A program made the position numbers and the translations under genes. Below the pieces are notes generated by a model. It was not told the DNA's origin. It saw nothing but the letters and a program-made list of their open reading frames with translations, and ran no database searches. This document shows positions 36,154 through 63,169 of a DNA stretch of 63,901 nucleotides, piece after piece. The first letter of the stretch is position 1. The number at the start of each line of letters is the position of its first letter. The stretch is from a bacterium. GTDB lineage: Bacteria > Myxococcota_A > UBA9042. The stretch spans positions 1-63,901 of the forward strand of contig JAUIAC010000004.1 of assembly GCA_030425545.1 (NCBI GenBank). Reading direction: 5' to 3'.

Positions 36154-38255
36154 AGGGTCACCACACTCGACGTCTTCGCCTGCCCGCGAGTGGACCCCGC
36201 GGTTGGCAGGTCTGAGCCCGGTTCACGCCGGCCGACGTCGTCTGTGGCCGGTGCCAGGTCCACTCGGAGGCCGGCCGCCCGACCACGGGAGAAGCGGCTG
36301 ACCCACAACGCCTGTCGGTCCCTGCTCAACGGCGGCGCGCGGACCGCCTCGATCGCTGCGGTCAGCGCGCCACGCGGGCACGGCCAGGGGGCTGCGGCCA
36401 CCTGCGTGGCGCCCGGGAGCAGCCGCCGGACGTGGTCCACAGCGCGCAGCGCCCCAGGATGGCTGTCTCCGGTGCGGACCCAGACCGTCGCGTGCCGGTC
36501 GCCTGCCGTCGTGGACGGCCCCGCCACCGCGAGCCGCAGCAGGTGGGGCGTGGCGACCGACAGTCGGTGCGCCAGCGCCAGGGCCTCGGCCCACGGCCCC
36601 ACCCAACGCCAGTCCGTGGCCGTCGGCACCAGCGGCCACCCACCGATCGTCGCGTGCGTCGGCACGCTGTCGAGCCCTGGCAGCGCGTCGGGCCGCAGCC
36701 AGCGGGTCAGGCGCCCCGCGCGCCCCTCGCTGTCGACCCCGAAGACGCCGTCGACCCCGCCCATGGCGTCAAACCGTGCGCCGTGGTTCGCCGTGGCCGC
36801 CGCGATCACGCGCCAGCGGGGTGTGTCGAGCAGCAGATCCAGCACGCGCGCGTCCGACTCCCAGCAGTCGGCCAGCCCCAGCGTGCGACCGACGCCGCGC
36901 AACCGCCGCTCGACGTCGCTCAACCTGCACCAGACCTCCGCGCGCACCACGTCGGGTCCCTGCCGTCGGAGCGCGGTCAGCGCGCTCAAGGAGACGTCGA
37001 GCGCGGCCGGAGCGCCGGCGCGACGCCAGCTCCGCACGGCGTGCACCGTGGCCGGAGCGCTGGTAGGGTTGGCCGACAGCCTCTCGCCCGCGGCGGGGCG
37101 GGTCCGCTGCAGCGCCGGGACGACGTCGCGACGAGCCGCGTGGCGGGTCGCGAAGCGGGTGGTGCGGACCAGCCATCGACCGTGACCGTCGAGGGTCGCG
37201 TGGGTGCAGCGCAGCGCCGCGCCAGCCCCGGGCTCTTCGAGGGCAGCTCGACAGTCGGCGCCGTCCATGGCGGACCATGTGTCGGCCGGCAGCAGCTGCC
37301 AGCCTTGCAGCGCGCGCGCCAGATCGCGTCGCCACCGTGCGCCCTCGAGCGCGCCGACCTTCGGCAGGTCGACCCCTTGGGCGAGCTGCGCCAGCCACAC
37401 CTCTGCAACGCCCGGCTCCGCGCGGACCTCGAGCTCCAGCACCACGCGCGGTGGCCGGGCGCGTCCACCGCCACCGAGCCGCGTCCGAGCCGCCGCGGCC
37501 GCGGCCAGCAAGACCGGGCGCAGGCGGCCGTCACCGAGGCCCAGCTCCACATGATGGCCACCCACGAGGGTCGCGCGCGTGTGCGGCCAGCCGGCACGAA
37601 CCGCCCGCTCCGCGAAGGTGATCAAGGTCGCGGCGCTCGCGCTGGTCCAACACTGCCGCACGCGTGTGCCGTGGGCCGGGCGCGCCCGCAGGGTCGCTTC
37701 GAGCACCACGCCTCGTCCGCGCGCGAGCGGCAGGGCGCGATCCGACCGCGGCCCTTCGCCCGTGTGGAGCGCGCTGGTGTCCCGTCGCTGAACGGTCCCG
37801 TTCGCCTGCAGCCAGACGACACGCATCAGCCGGCGCCGCAGCGGCGCGTCAAAGGGCGGCGTCGCCATGGCGTCCGCGACGCGCAGGCTCGCGGGCAACG
37901 CCAGGTCCAGCGTCCAGCCTTGCCGCGCGAGCGCGCCGTCGATGGCGGCCATGGACGCGCCTCCGCCAGCGGTCACGAGCCCCCTCTGCGGATCCACGTC
38001 GACCCCGTTGACGCCGGCGAGCGAGAGCACGACGTCGGCCGCATAGTCGTCCCGCCACACCGGCCCGCCCGCCGACCACGCGACCTCGCGCCCGTCGGCG
38101 TGGGCGTCGCGGACGATCGCGGCGCACGCTGCGATGTCGCCGGGCACCGTCAGCTCTTGATGCGCGCGCAGGCCCAGCGCTCGACGGACCCTCGGCGAGC
38201 TCAGCTCGGCCCCGAGGGCCACCTTGGCCGCTGTCGTGAGCGCGGCGTGGGTCAT
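36144..38255 (-). CDS. divergent FAD-binding (PCMH/GlcD-GlcE-like) domain protein, Ala/Arg-rich
   Basis: The segment VVLSLAGVNGVDVDPQRGLVTAGGGASMAAIDGALARQGWTL resembles the FAD_binding_4 core. The start MTHAAL forms an ATGA overlap with the upstream stop (38252-38255). The rest of the protein could not be assigned by eye. Confidence 0.5.
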   Translation of the reverse strand: MTHAALTTAAKVALGAELSSPRVRRALGLRAHQELTVPGDIAACAAIVRDAHADGREVAWSAGGPVWRDDYAADVVLSLAGVNGVDVDPQRGLVTAGGGASMAAIDGALARQGWTLDLALPASLRVADAMATPPFDAPLRRRLMRVVWLQANGTVQRRDTSALHTGEGPRSDRALPLARGRGVVLEATLRARPAHGTRVRQCWTSASAATLITFAERAVRAGWPHTRATLVGGHHVELGLGDGRLRPVLLAAAAAARTRLGGGGRARPPRVVLELEVRAEPGVAEVWLAQLAQGVDLPKVGALEGARWRRDLARALQGWQLLPADTWSAMDGADCRAALEEPGAGAALRCTHATLDGHGRWLVRTTRFATRHAARRDVVPALQRTRPAAGERLSANPTSAPATVHAVRSWRRAGAPAALDVSLSALTALRRQGPDVVRAEVWCRLSDVERRLRGVGRTLGLADCWESDARVLDLLLDTPRWRVIAAATANHGARFDAMGGVDGVFGVDSEGRAGRLTRWLRPDALPGLDSVPTHATIGGWPLVPTATDWRWVGPWAEALALAHRLSVATPHLLRLAVAGPSTTAGDRHATVWVRTGDSHPGALRAVDHVRRLLPGATQVAAAPWPCPRGALTAAIEAVRAPPLSRDRQALWVSRFSRGRAAGLRVDLAPATDDVGRREPGSDLPTAGSTRGQAKTSSVVTLWP

Positions 38256-40300
38256 CCCTCGCGTCGCCGGGCCACAAACCACAGCGGGAGCGCGGCCAGC
38301 ACCCACCAGGGCGGCGGGGCGGGGACCCGTCCTGCCGCGCAGCCATCGGAGGAGCCAGTCGCCTTCGACACGGTCCCGAACGCGTGCACGTCAGGCAGCG
38401 ACAGCGGCCGCGCGGCGAAGTTGCCCAGGCCGGTCGTCTCGCTCGCCGCGGGCTGCCACGTCAGCGGCGCGTCCCCCTCGCTGCACACGCGGGGCCCCGT
38501 CGCGCGGTTGCTCAGCGCGACGCAGGTGCCGCCGCCCGCGCACGTGTCGGTGCACACGGCGCGGCAGGTCGTGGCCCCTCCAACTGGGCCCGCGCAGACC
38601 AGGTCCACGCGGCAAGCCTGGTTCGAGCCGCAGGCCTCTCCCGCGAGCGCCCCCGGGCCGCTCGGCCGGCAGGCCCCTGCGCTCGCCGACGCGGGTCCGA
38701 CCCACACGCAGCGCTCGCCGCTCCCACAGGTCGCCGCGCCGCTGTAGGGGTCACACTCGGGCGCGCAACGCCCCACACCGGGCAGCGGATGGCTGTCGCA
38801 CACGTGGCCCGTGCCGCACGCACCCGGCGAGGCGCACGGGGCCCCAGGCGGCGGCGCGCCGAAGGGCAGGCAGAAGAGTCCGTCCGACGTCGGCGTGCAG
38901 CCCGTCCCGGCGGGGCAGTCCGACGCCCCGGCGCAGCTGGCCGCACAGACCTTGGCGAACGCCCCCCCATGGTCGACGCACAGCCCGCTGGCGCAGTCGA
39001 AGCCGCTCTTGCACGGCCACCCGATGGCGAGCTCCCCGGGCGTCACGCAGACCTGCGCGCTGGTGTCGCACGTCGCGCCGCTCGGGCAGCCGCTGGCGCA
39101 GGGGCGGCCGCAGCGACCTCCTCCGCCGATCGACGGCGAACACAGCAGCCCCACACAGTCGGTCGCCACCTCGCAGGGGGCGCCGAAGTCGCCGTCGCCC
39201 TGGACCAGACAGAGCCCCACGACCTGGTTGGCCAGCTGAACCTGGCGACACTGACCGAAGCCGGCGCAGAAGCCCGAGCAGCCTGCGGTACAGAAGCCGC
39301 CGCCCTCGGTGTCCAGGCAGAACAGGGGCTTGGGGCAGGCCAGGTCATTGGCGCAGGGTCCGCTCGCCCGAGACTCGGCGCGGTTGGGCGCGCAGTGCTT
39401 GCCGTTGGGCAGGCAGGCCTTGCCGCCGGACCACGTGCCGCACGAGTAGCCGACTGGACAGTCGTCGTGGCTGACGCAGTCCCGGCTGCAGTAGCTATAG
39501 CCGTCCGGCCAGGTCAGGCAGCGACCGTCACAGGCGTCCTTGTCGTCGCAGGGCTCGCACAGCTGCCCGGCCTCGCGTGGGCCTGTCGGGTAGAGCCACC
39601 GCGCGGCGCGCTTGTCGTCCGCCTCGAGCGAACGGTACTCGGGCGTGGCGGCGAAGAAGTACATCGTCGCCGCGCGCTCCTGCGAGAAGCCGATCCCCAG
39701 CGCGTGCCCGAGCTGATGGGTGAGCGCCGCGTCCAGGTCGGCGTTCAGCCGCCCGAAGACGAAGGTCGGCGCCGTGGTGAAGAGGAAGTTCTGGGCGTTC
39801 AAGTCCACCCGAGCTCGCTGTAGATCGCCGCCTTCCGCGTCGATGCGCAGCCGACCCGTCAGGTTCGCGCTTCGCTCGGTGAAGTTCTCGTCGGAGAAGC
39901 GCACGAAGATGTCGAAGCGCGGATCCGACGCGACGATGCCGCCCCACACCAGGCGCACCGCGGCCCCCTCCACGTCGTTCCACCGCTGGATCGAGCGCTT
40001 CACCGCCTTGGCCAGCTGCTGCGGGCTCATGTCTCCGTGGGGCCGATCTTCGAGGAACACGGCCACGCTGCGGCTCGGCCACCGCACCACGCGATGCGCG
40101 TCGTCCCGCCAGATGTCGAAGCCTGACGTGAGCCCGGCCAGCGCCAGCAGGCTCCCGACCGCCACGCACCGGCGCCACGAAGTCAGGCCAGCGCGAGCCG
40201 GCGCGGCGCGGTGACCGCACGTCGCACGCGCGGTCGCCGGACGCGTCGCGCTCCCGCTCCGCTCGCTCCCCTCGCGTGTCCTCGTCCGACCTGCCGTCAT
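38252..40300 (-). CDS. secreted metzincin-like (matrixin/serralysin-type) protein with degenerate zinc site, long Cys-rich repeat region and MYXO-CTERM-like tail
   Basis: THQLGHALGIGFS...ATMYFF occupies the place of HExxHxxGxxH plus the Met-turn. About 350 aa of Cys-rich repeats follow (e.g. GAPCEVATDCVGLLCSP, GWPCKSGFDCASGLCVD). The C-terminus is DGCAAGRVPAPPPWWVLAALPLWFVARRREG. Confidence 0.75.
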   Translation of the reverse strand: MTAGRTRTREGSERSGSATRPATARATCGHRAAPARAGLTSWRRCVAVGSLLALAGLTSGFDIWRDDAHRVVRWPSRSVAVFLEDRPHGDMSPQQLAKAVKRSIQRWNDVEGAAVRLVWGGIVASDPRFDIFVRFSDENFTERSANLTGRLRIDAEGGDLQRARVDLNAQNFLFTTAPTFVFGRLNADLDAALTHQLGHALGIGFSQERAATMYFFAATPEYRSLEADDKRAARWLYPTGPREAGQLCEPCDDKDACDGRCLTWPDGYSYCSRDCVSHDDCPVGYSCGTWSGGKACLPNGKHCAPNRAESRASGPCANDLACPKPLFCLDTEGGGFCTAGCSGFCAGFGQCRQVQLANQVVGLCLVQGDGDFGAPCEVATDCVGLLCSPSIGGGGRCGRPCASGCPSGATCDTSAQVCVTPGELAIGWPCKSGFDCASGLCVDHGGAFAKVCAASCAGASDCPAGTGCTPTSDGLFCLPFGAPPPGAPCASPGACGTGHVCDSHPLPGVGRCAPECDPYSGAATCGSGERCVWVGPASASAGACRPSGPGALAGEACGSNQACRVDLVCAGPVGGATTCRAVCTDTCAGGGTCVALSNRATGPRVCSEGDAPLTWQPAASETTGLGNFAARPLSLPDVHAFGTVSKATGSSDGCAAGRVPAPPPWWVLAALPLWFVARRREG

Positions 40301-40732
40301 GGCCCGAGGCTAGCCGCTGCCGCCCCTCTTGGCCACGCGCGGTGGACCTGCCCCCGAGCGGACATCGCGACCCATCGCGGGTGGGTTCGTCCCGCACCAG
40401 CGCCGAGCGAATCGCCTTGCAGCGCCGGCGCCTCGGGCCCCGCGGCCGGTCGAACGAGCGGTGAACATCGCAGTCAACACGCGGGAAACGTGAGCAAAGT
40501 AACGAAGTCCTTGACCGCCAATCGCCCTCGGCTAGAGTCCGCCCTCCGCCACGGCCGTTCAGCCCCGTCCACCGTCTCTGACGGCGACGGGCGTGCGCCG
40601 TGGCGTCGTCGCCCGCACACGCTACCTCAGGTGTGTGTTCGGGCACCTCCCGCGCCGGGGCTGCACCTCGCAGCCGCTCTGCCACAGGCTCTTCCAGGGC
40701 GCGGCCCAACCCTTCCAGTGAGGTCAAGCAGC

Positions 40733-41038
40733 ATGAATGCACCGACGAGCGCAGCAGTTCAGGGTGAGGTCGTAGGGCGTCCGCGCCGACTCTCCGACGT
40801 CTTCCACTGTGGTCACCGCAGTCGCCGCATGTACCTGGCCACCTGCCTTGACGACTACATGAACGCCAACGCGCTGCGCGTGAAGTCCATGGTGTGCCAT
40901 GACTGCACCCAGGGCGCGGACAACCGCGAGACCTTCGCGGCCGACGCCGACACCGAGGGCGCGCTCGACGCCGAGATCTGGGGCCGGCTCATCGCCGACC
41001 TCGGTGAGGGTGACGTCAAGCCACCGAAGAAGAAGTAG
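40733..41038 (+). CDS. small hypothetical Cys/His-containing protein (101 aa)
   Basis: This is the internal ATG of ORF 40211..41038, with GAGG 9 nt upstream. GC3-rich codon usage begins only from here. The sequence contains HCGH...C...CHDC and an acidic tail ending KPPKKK. Confidence 0.4.
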   Translation: MNAPTSAAVQGEVVGRPRRLSDVFHCGHRSRRMYLATCLDDYMNANALRVKSMVCHDCTQGADNRETFAADADTEGALDAEIWGRLIADLGEGDVKPPKKK

Positions 41039-41244
41039 GCGATTCGAGTCGACGCCACCGTGCCGAGCGGCGGCGCGATGTCACGCGACTCGGCGCCGCG
41101 CCCCCTCCGCTGGCGGGAGCGCGCGGACGCAGGACGAGACGCGCGACTGCACCGAGTTTCGGCCTCGACGTCGTGTTGATCTCCGCTGGTCCGCGTAGTA
41201 CACGCAGGACAGGCATCGCTCACAGCCACGCGCAGTCCCTCGGC

Positions 41245-41260
41245 TGGCCGACGGTTCGCA
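41245..41260 (+). promoter_or_regulatory. sigma-54-like -24/-12 element upstream of the kinase gene
   Basis: TGGCCGACGGTTCGCA compares with the consensus TGGCAC-N5-TTGCA and keeps GG-N10-GC spacing. It lies about 155 nt upstream of ATG 41413. Confidence 0.25.
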
Positions 41261-41412
41261 CGATGCCGGCTTGAAGCCCCTCGCGCAGTTCAACTCCAGA
41301 ACCCAGGCGAAGCGCACCCCGACTTGATCCGTCCCCGGCCTGATCCGCCGACGGATCCACCAACGTCCCGAGCGTCTCGACCCAGACGACAAGCTCGACG
41401 CAGAGAGAGAGC

Positions 41413-43455
41413 ATGGCGACCGGTATGCACGAGGACTACCCGCAGGGCTTTGGCCGGTATTACCTCACCCAGAAGATCGCCATGGGCGGCATGGCCGAGA
41501 TCTTTCGCGCCAAGTCCGTCGGCGCGGAAGGGTTCGAGAAGGTCGTGGTCATCAAGCGGATCCTCCCGCACTTCTGCGAGGACGAGTCCTTCGTCACCAT
41601 GTTTCAGGACGAGGCCCGCGTCGCGGCCCACCTGAACCACGCCAACGTGGTGCAGATCTTCGACTTCGACGAGGTCGAGGGGCTCTACTACATCGCCATG
41701 GAGTACGTGGAGGGCCAGGACCTCAAGCGCGTGCTCGACGTCGGCACGAAGGTGGGCAGCCCGCTCTCCATCGCGCAGGCCGTCTACATCATGATCGAGG
41801 CGGGGCAGGGGCTCGACTACGCCCACAAGCGCGAGGTCGACGGCAAGCCGCTGAACATCATCCACCGTGACATCTCACCCCACAACATGATGGTGAGCTA
41901 CAACGGCGAGGTGAAGATCATGGACTTCGGCATCGCCAAAGCGGCGAGCCGGTCCACCAAGACCCGCGTCGGCACGGTCAAGGGCAAGTGCGCCTACATG
42001 AGCCCCGAGCAGGCCCGCGGTAAGCCGCTCGACGGCCGCTCGGACCTCTTCGCCCTCGGCGTCTGCCTCTGGGAGATGCTCAGCGGCAAGCGGCTCTTCG
42101 TCGGCGACTCCGACTTCGAGACCCTGAACAACGTGCTCCGCGCCGAGGTCCCGTCGCTGACGGAGATGAACAGCGAGGTCCCGCCCGAGCTCGACGCCAT
42201 CGTGCTGAAGTCGCTGGCCAAGGACCGCGACGAGCGCCACAAGGACGTCGCGGACTTCGTCGGCGAGCTGCGCCGCTGGTTCTACACCGCCGTGCCCGAC
42301 CCCAGCGCGATCTCGCTGAAGGGCTACATGCACGAGCTCTTCGACGACCAGATCTCGAAGCTCAAGGCCGACGTCGCCGCCGAGGCGGAGGCGCTCAAGC
42401 ACATGCGCACCAACTCGGGGCTGCGCCGGCCGACGACCAGCAGCCGCCAGGTGGCCATGGCCGCCGACGACGAGGCCACGGTCGCGCTCGACACCAGCAA
42501 CCCCGGGCTGCTGAGCCCCGACGGCGAGGCCACGGTCGCGCTCGACGCGGCGGCGGCCATCGCCATGGCCAACCGATCGGGTCAGACCCTGGCCGGTCAG
42601 CCGGCGATGAAGAAGTCCAACACCGGCCTCTTCGTCGGCATCGGCGTGCTGCTCGTCGCGATCGCCGGCGGCGGCGCCGCGGTGGGCATGGGCGTGTTCG
42701 ACAAGCCCGCGCCCGTCGTCGTGGTGAAGAAGGAAGTCGAGAAGCCCAAACCCAAGCCCAAGCCCAAGTTCTTCGTCAACATCGAGGCCCCCGGCGCGAC
42801 TGAGATCAAGATTGACGGCGAGACCGAGGCCACCTCGTCCAAGCTCAAGTTCAAGGTAGAGCAGGGCAAGTCGATCAAGATCCTCGCCATCGGCAAGAAG
42901 GGCGTGAAGAAGCTGGTCCGCTACACCGCCGAGAAGGACGGCGCGTCGGTGAAGATCGAGCTGCCCGCACCGCCGAAGGAGGCGCCGAAGAAGCCGGTGG
43001 CCAAGGCGCCCGAGAACATCGTCATCCTGCAGGTCGAGCCCGACAGCGCTGTGGTCAAGGTCAACGGCGCGGCGGTGACGCTCGTCAGCGGCAACTACAA
43101 GGTGCCGAAGCTCAAGACCGGCGACTCGTTCAAGGTCGAGGCGACTGCGTCGGGCTACAAGACCTTCACCAAGGACTACTTCGTCAAAGAGAAGCTCGAG
43201 ACCTTCGAGATCAAGCTCGAGAAGGAGCGCCGCGCGCCGGTGGCGGCCCCCTGTAAGAAGGGCAAGGTCACGGTGAACGCGCGGCCCTGGGCCAAGGTGA
43301 GCCTCAAGGGCAAGAGCCTCGGCCTGACCCCGCGCTCCGTGAAGCTCAGCGCAGGGCGGCACACGTTTGTCCTCACCAAGGGCTCGGTGACCAAGAAGGT
43401 CGGCGTCACGTTGAAGTGCGGCGGCTCGGTCTCCAAGACCGTGGACATGAAGTAG
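41413..43455 (+). CDS. Hanks-type Ser/Thr protein kinase with one TM helix and extracytoplasmic PEGA-like domains
   Basis: Kinase motifs are MGGMAEIF, VVIKRI, HRDISPHNMM, IMDFGIAKA and YMSPEQ. The TM helix is LFVGIGVLLVAIAGGGAAVGMGVF. The C-terminal beta units include VNARPWAKVSLKGKSLGLTPRSVKLSAGRHTFVL. Confidence 0.92.
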   Translation: MATGMHEDYPQGFGRYYLTQKIAMGGMAEIFRAKSVGAEGFEKVVVIKRILPHFCEDESFVTMFQDEARVAAHLNHANVVQIFDFDEVEGLYYIAMEYVEGQDLKRVLDVGTKVGSPLSIAQAVYIMIEAGQGLDYAHKREVDGKPLNIIHRDISPHNMMVSYNGEVKIMDFGIAKAASRSTKTRVGTVKGKCAYMSPEQARGKPLDGRSDLFALGVCLWEMLSGKRLFVGDSDFETLNNVLRAEVPSLTEMNSEVPPELDAIVLKSLAKDRDERHKDVADFVGELRRWFYTAVPDPSAISLKGYMHELFDDQISKLKADVAAEAEALKHMRTNSGLRRPTTSSRQVAMAADDEATVALDTSNPGLLSPDGEATVALDAAAAIAMANRSGQTLAGQPAMKKSNTGLFVGIGVLLVAIAGGGAAVGMGVFDKPAPVVVVKKEVEKPKPKPKPKFFVNIEAPGATEIKIDGETEATSSKLKFKVEQGKSIKILAIGKKGVKKLVRYTAEKDGASVKIELPAPPKEAPKKPVAKAPENIVILQVEPDSAVVKVNGAAVTLVSGNYKVPKLKTGDSFKVEATASGYKTFTKDYFVKEKLETFEIKLEKERRAPVAAPCKKGKVTVNARPWAKVSLKGKSLGLTPRSVKLSAGRHTFVLTKGSVTKKVGVTLKCGGSVSKTVDMK

Positions 43456-43787
43456 CGCGGCGCACGCTCGCCCGCCCGCCCTCGACGCGCGCTGCGTGGG
43501 CGCCGCTCGGGCCGGGGCGACCGCAGTCCAATGCGCGGGCGCCCTGGAGACGTGAGCTGGCGGCCCAATCCCCTCAGTTGGCGACCCAGACCCCTCAGCA
43601 AGCCCGGCGACCGCGGGGGCTTCGAGCCCGATCGCGGCGCCTCTGCGACCTGGAGCGGCAGCCACGGAGCGCGGCCGGTCGATTTTGCCCGCCGACCCGG
43701 TTGACACGTCACAGTCGCGTGGGTACAACGCCGCTCGCTTCACTGCTCAGGGCCGTGGAGCGACGCAGAGTGGCGGTGCACATCACC

Positions 43788-43862
43788 GCGGGAATAGCTC
43801 AGTGGTAGAGCGCCACCTTGCCAAGGTGGATGTCGCGGGTTCAAATCCCGTTTCCCGCTCCA
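43788..43862 (+). tRNA. tRNA-Gly (anticodon GCC), copy 1
   Basis: A cloverleaf was drawn by hand. The acceptor stem is GCGGGAA/TTCCCGC. The anticodon stem-loop is CCACC-TTGCCAA-GGTGG and the T-loop is TTCAAAT. CCA is encoded. Confidence 0.95.
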
Positions 43863-43897
43863 CGCCGCAGCCTGGCTGCAGCAGGTGCGCACCCCTC

Positions 43898-43972
43898 GCG
43901 GGAATAGCTCAGTGGTAGAGCGCCACCTTGCCAAGGTGGATGTCGCGGGTTCAAATCCCGTTTCCCGCTCCA
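43898..43972 (+). tRNA. tRNA-Gly (anticodon GCC), copy 2 (identical tandem duplicate)
   Basis: The 75-nt sequence is identical to copy 1, 110 nt downstream. Confidence 0.95.
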
Positions 43973-44010
43973 GAAGGCCTCCATGGGACACCATGGGGGC
44001 CTTCTTGCGT
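43973..44010 (+). terminator. intrinsic terminator after the tRNA-Gly pair
   Basis: GAAGGCCTCCATGG pairs with CCATGGGGGCCTTC (14 bp including one G-U). The loop is GACA and the tail is TTGCGTTG. Confidence 0.6.
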
Positions 44011-44283
44011 TGAAGCCTGGGTCCGCCGCCCAACGGCCCGCCACCCGCAGGTCCGCCGTCCGCTCAGCCGCTCGCACGCCGCTGCGCCCCCCCCTCCAAG
44101 CTCGTAGACCCTGCGCTCAGATCGGCGAAGGTCTCGTTCCGCGGGCCGCCCCTCGGCGCGCGACGGCCGGTCCGCTCGCGGGCAACAGCATGGATCGATG
44201 GGGTTCGTCTCTGCCGAGAGAGGGCTCGGCTTCGCGCCTCGCCGCGGGCCGTGGGAAAACCCACTGACCCCGTCAGCGTACGC

Positions 44284-44312
44284 TTGCCTTCAAGCCCTTG
44301 CTTTGCTACGTT
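44284..44312 (+). promoter_or_regulatory. candidate sigma-70-type promoter for the giant gene
   Basis: TTGCCT-N17-TACGTT lies in a locally lower-GC patch. It would give a 5' leader of about 250 nt. Confidence 0.25.
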
Positions 44313-44565
44313 TTGTTACTGAGGGCCTTCTATCTCTGTCCCCCAATGGAGTAGAAGGCTGCAGGGTACCGCAAGCACCCCGGACCTCTGAAGAGCTGGA
44401 GGAGCGAGTCGACCTGGACTACGGAGAGCGCACCGACGCACCCCGCGTCTTGACGCCTTCGCCAGCGAGATCGTTTCACTTTTGGCTTGAGGTTGAGCCA
44501 GATCCCCCGACAAAGGTACGCGAAGGTCTGTCGATCTGCCGGGACCTGTCGTGAGGAGGATTGGA

Positions 44566-62739
<18,174 letters not shown>

Positions 62740-62903
62740 GACCCGACACAGCTCGCGACGCGACCGGCCGGCCCCACCGCGCCGGTCGCGCTCGTCTTGG
62801 CGCGGGGCCACCTGCGCCCCTCAGCTCAAGCGCGGGAGCGGCTCGGCCCACCGCCCTCACGTAGCTCGTTGACGCGGGAGGGCCCCTGGACCTCCGCCGA
62901 CCG

Positions 62904-62957
62904 GGGACCGAACCAGCGCGGTCCAAGCACGATCGCACTGGTCCGGTCCCTTTTTTT
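62904..62957 (+). terminator. intrinsic terminator of the giant gene
   Basis: GGGACCG (62904-62910) pairs with CGGTCCC (62944-62950), extended inward by ACCAG/CTGGT. A run of seven T (62951-62957) follows directly. Confidence 0.65.
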
Positions 62958-63169
62958 CATGTTGGGGGGACGGAGCGCGCGCCCCAGCCCGCCAAGTCGG
63001 GCTGCCCCTCCGCGTGGGGGCGCTGCCCGGTCTCCAACAGGATCGCCACGAAGCTGCACCGAGTTGGCCGGCCCTGGATCGGTCCCGGCGTCCTCGACGG
63101 GTGGCTGCGCCGCTGACAGAATGCCCGCGTGACCGCCCGAGGCGACCCATGTGCCGCCGACGGAACCCA

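Noticed and set aside
36432-38747. A plus-strand 771-aa ORF and many nested ORFs overlap the FAD-domain and metzincin-like genes.
   Set aside because: They are Arg/Pro/Ala-rich with no motifs. The minus-strand frames have the FAD-binding core and metzincin/Cys-repeat motifs, plus ATGA coupling. I still give the 36144..38255 gene only moderate confidence because it is itself compositionally biased.
40211-40732. The N-terminal 174 codons of ORF 40211..41038.
   Set aside because: They are an Arg/Pro/Ala-rich shadow of the divergent upstream region. They would overlap the 5' end of the metzincin-like gene (40211-40300) and run through its upstream region. Only the part from ATG 40733 looks coding.
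43740-44077. ORFs overlap the tRNA-Gly genes (43740..44033-, 43841..44077-, 43685..43918+). ORFs 62826..63269- and 62857..63291- overlap tRNA-Leu.
   Set aside because: They simply read through or antisense to tRNA sequences (e.g. [20 protein letters not shown] peptides). The tRNA cloverleaves explain the conservation-like appearance.
43973-44565. ORF 44198..44554 (118 aa) and others lie in the leader region of the giant gene.
   Set aside because: They have no RBS, atypical composition and no motif. The region is more plausibly a 5' UTR and promoter. I could not exclude a small regulatory peptide or RNA.
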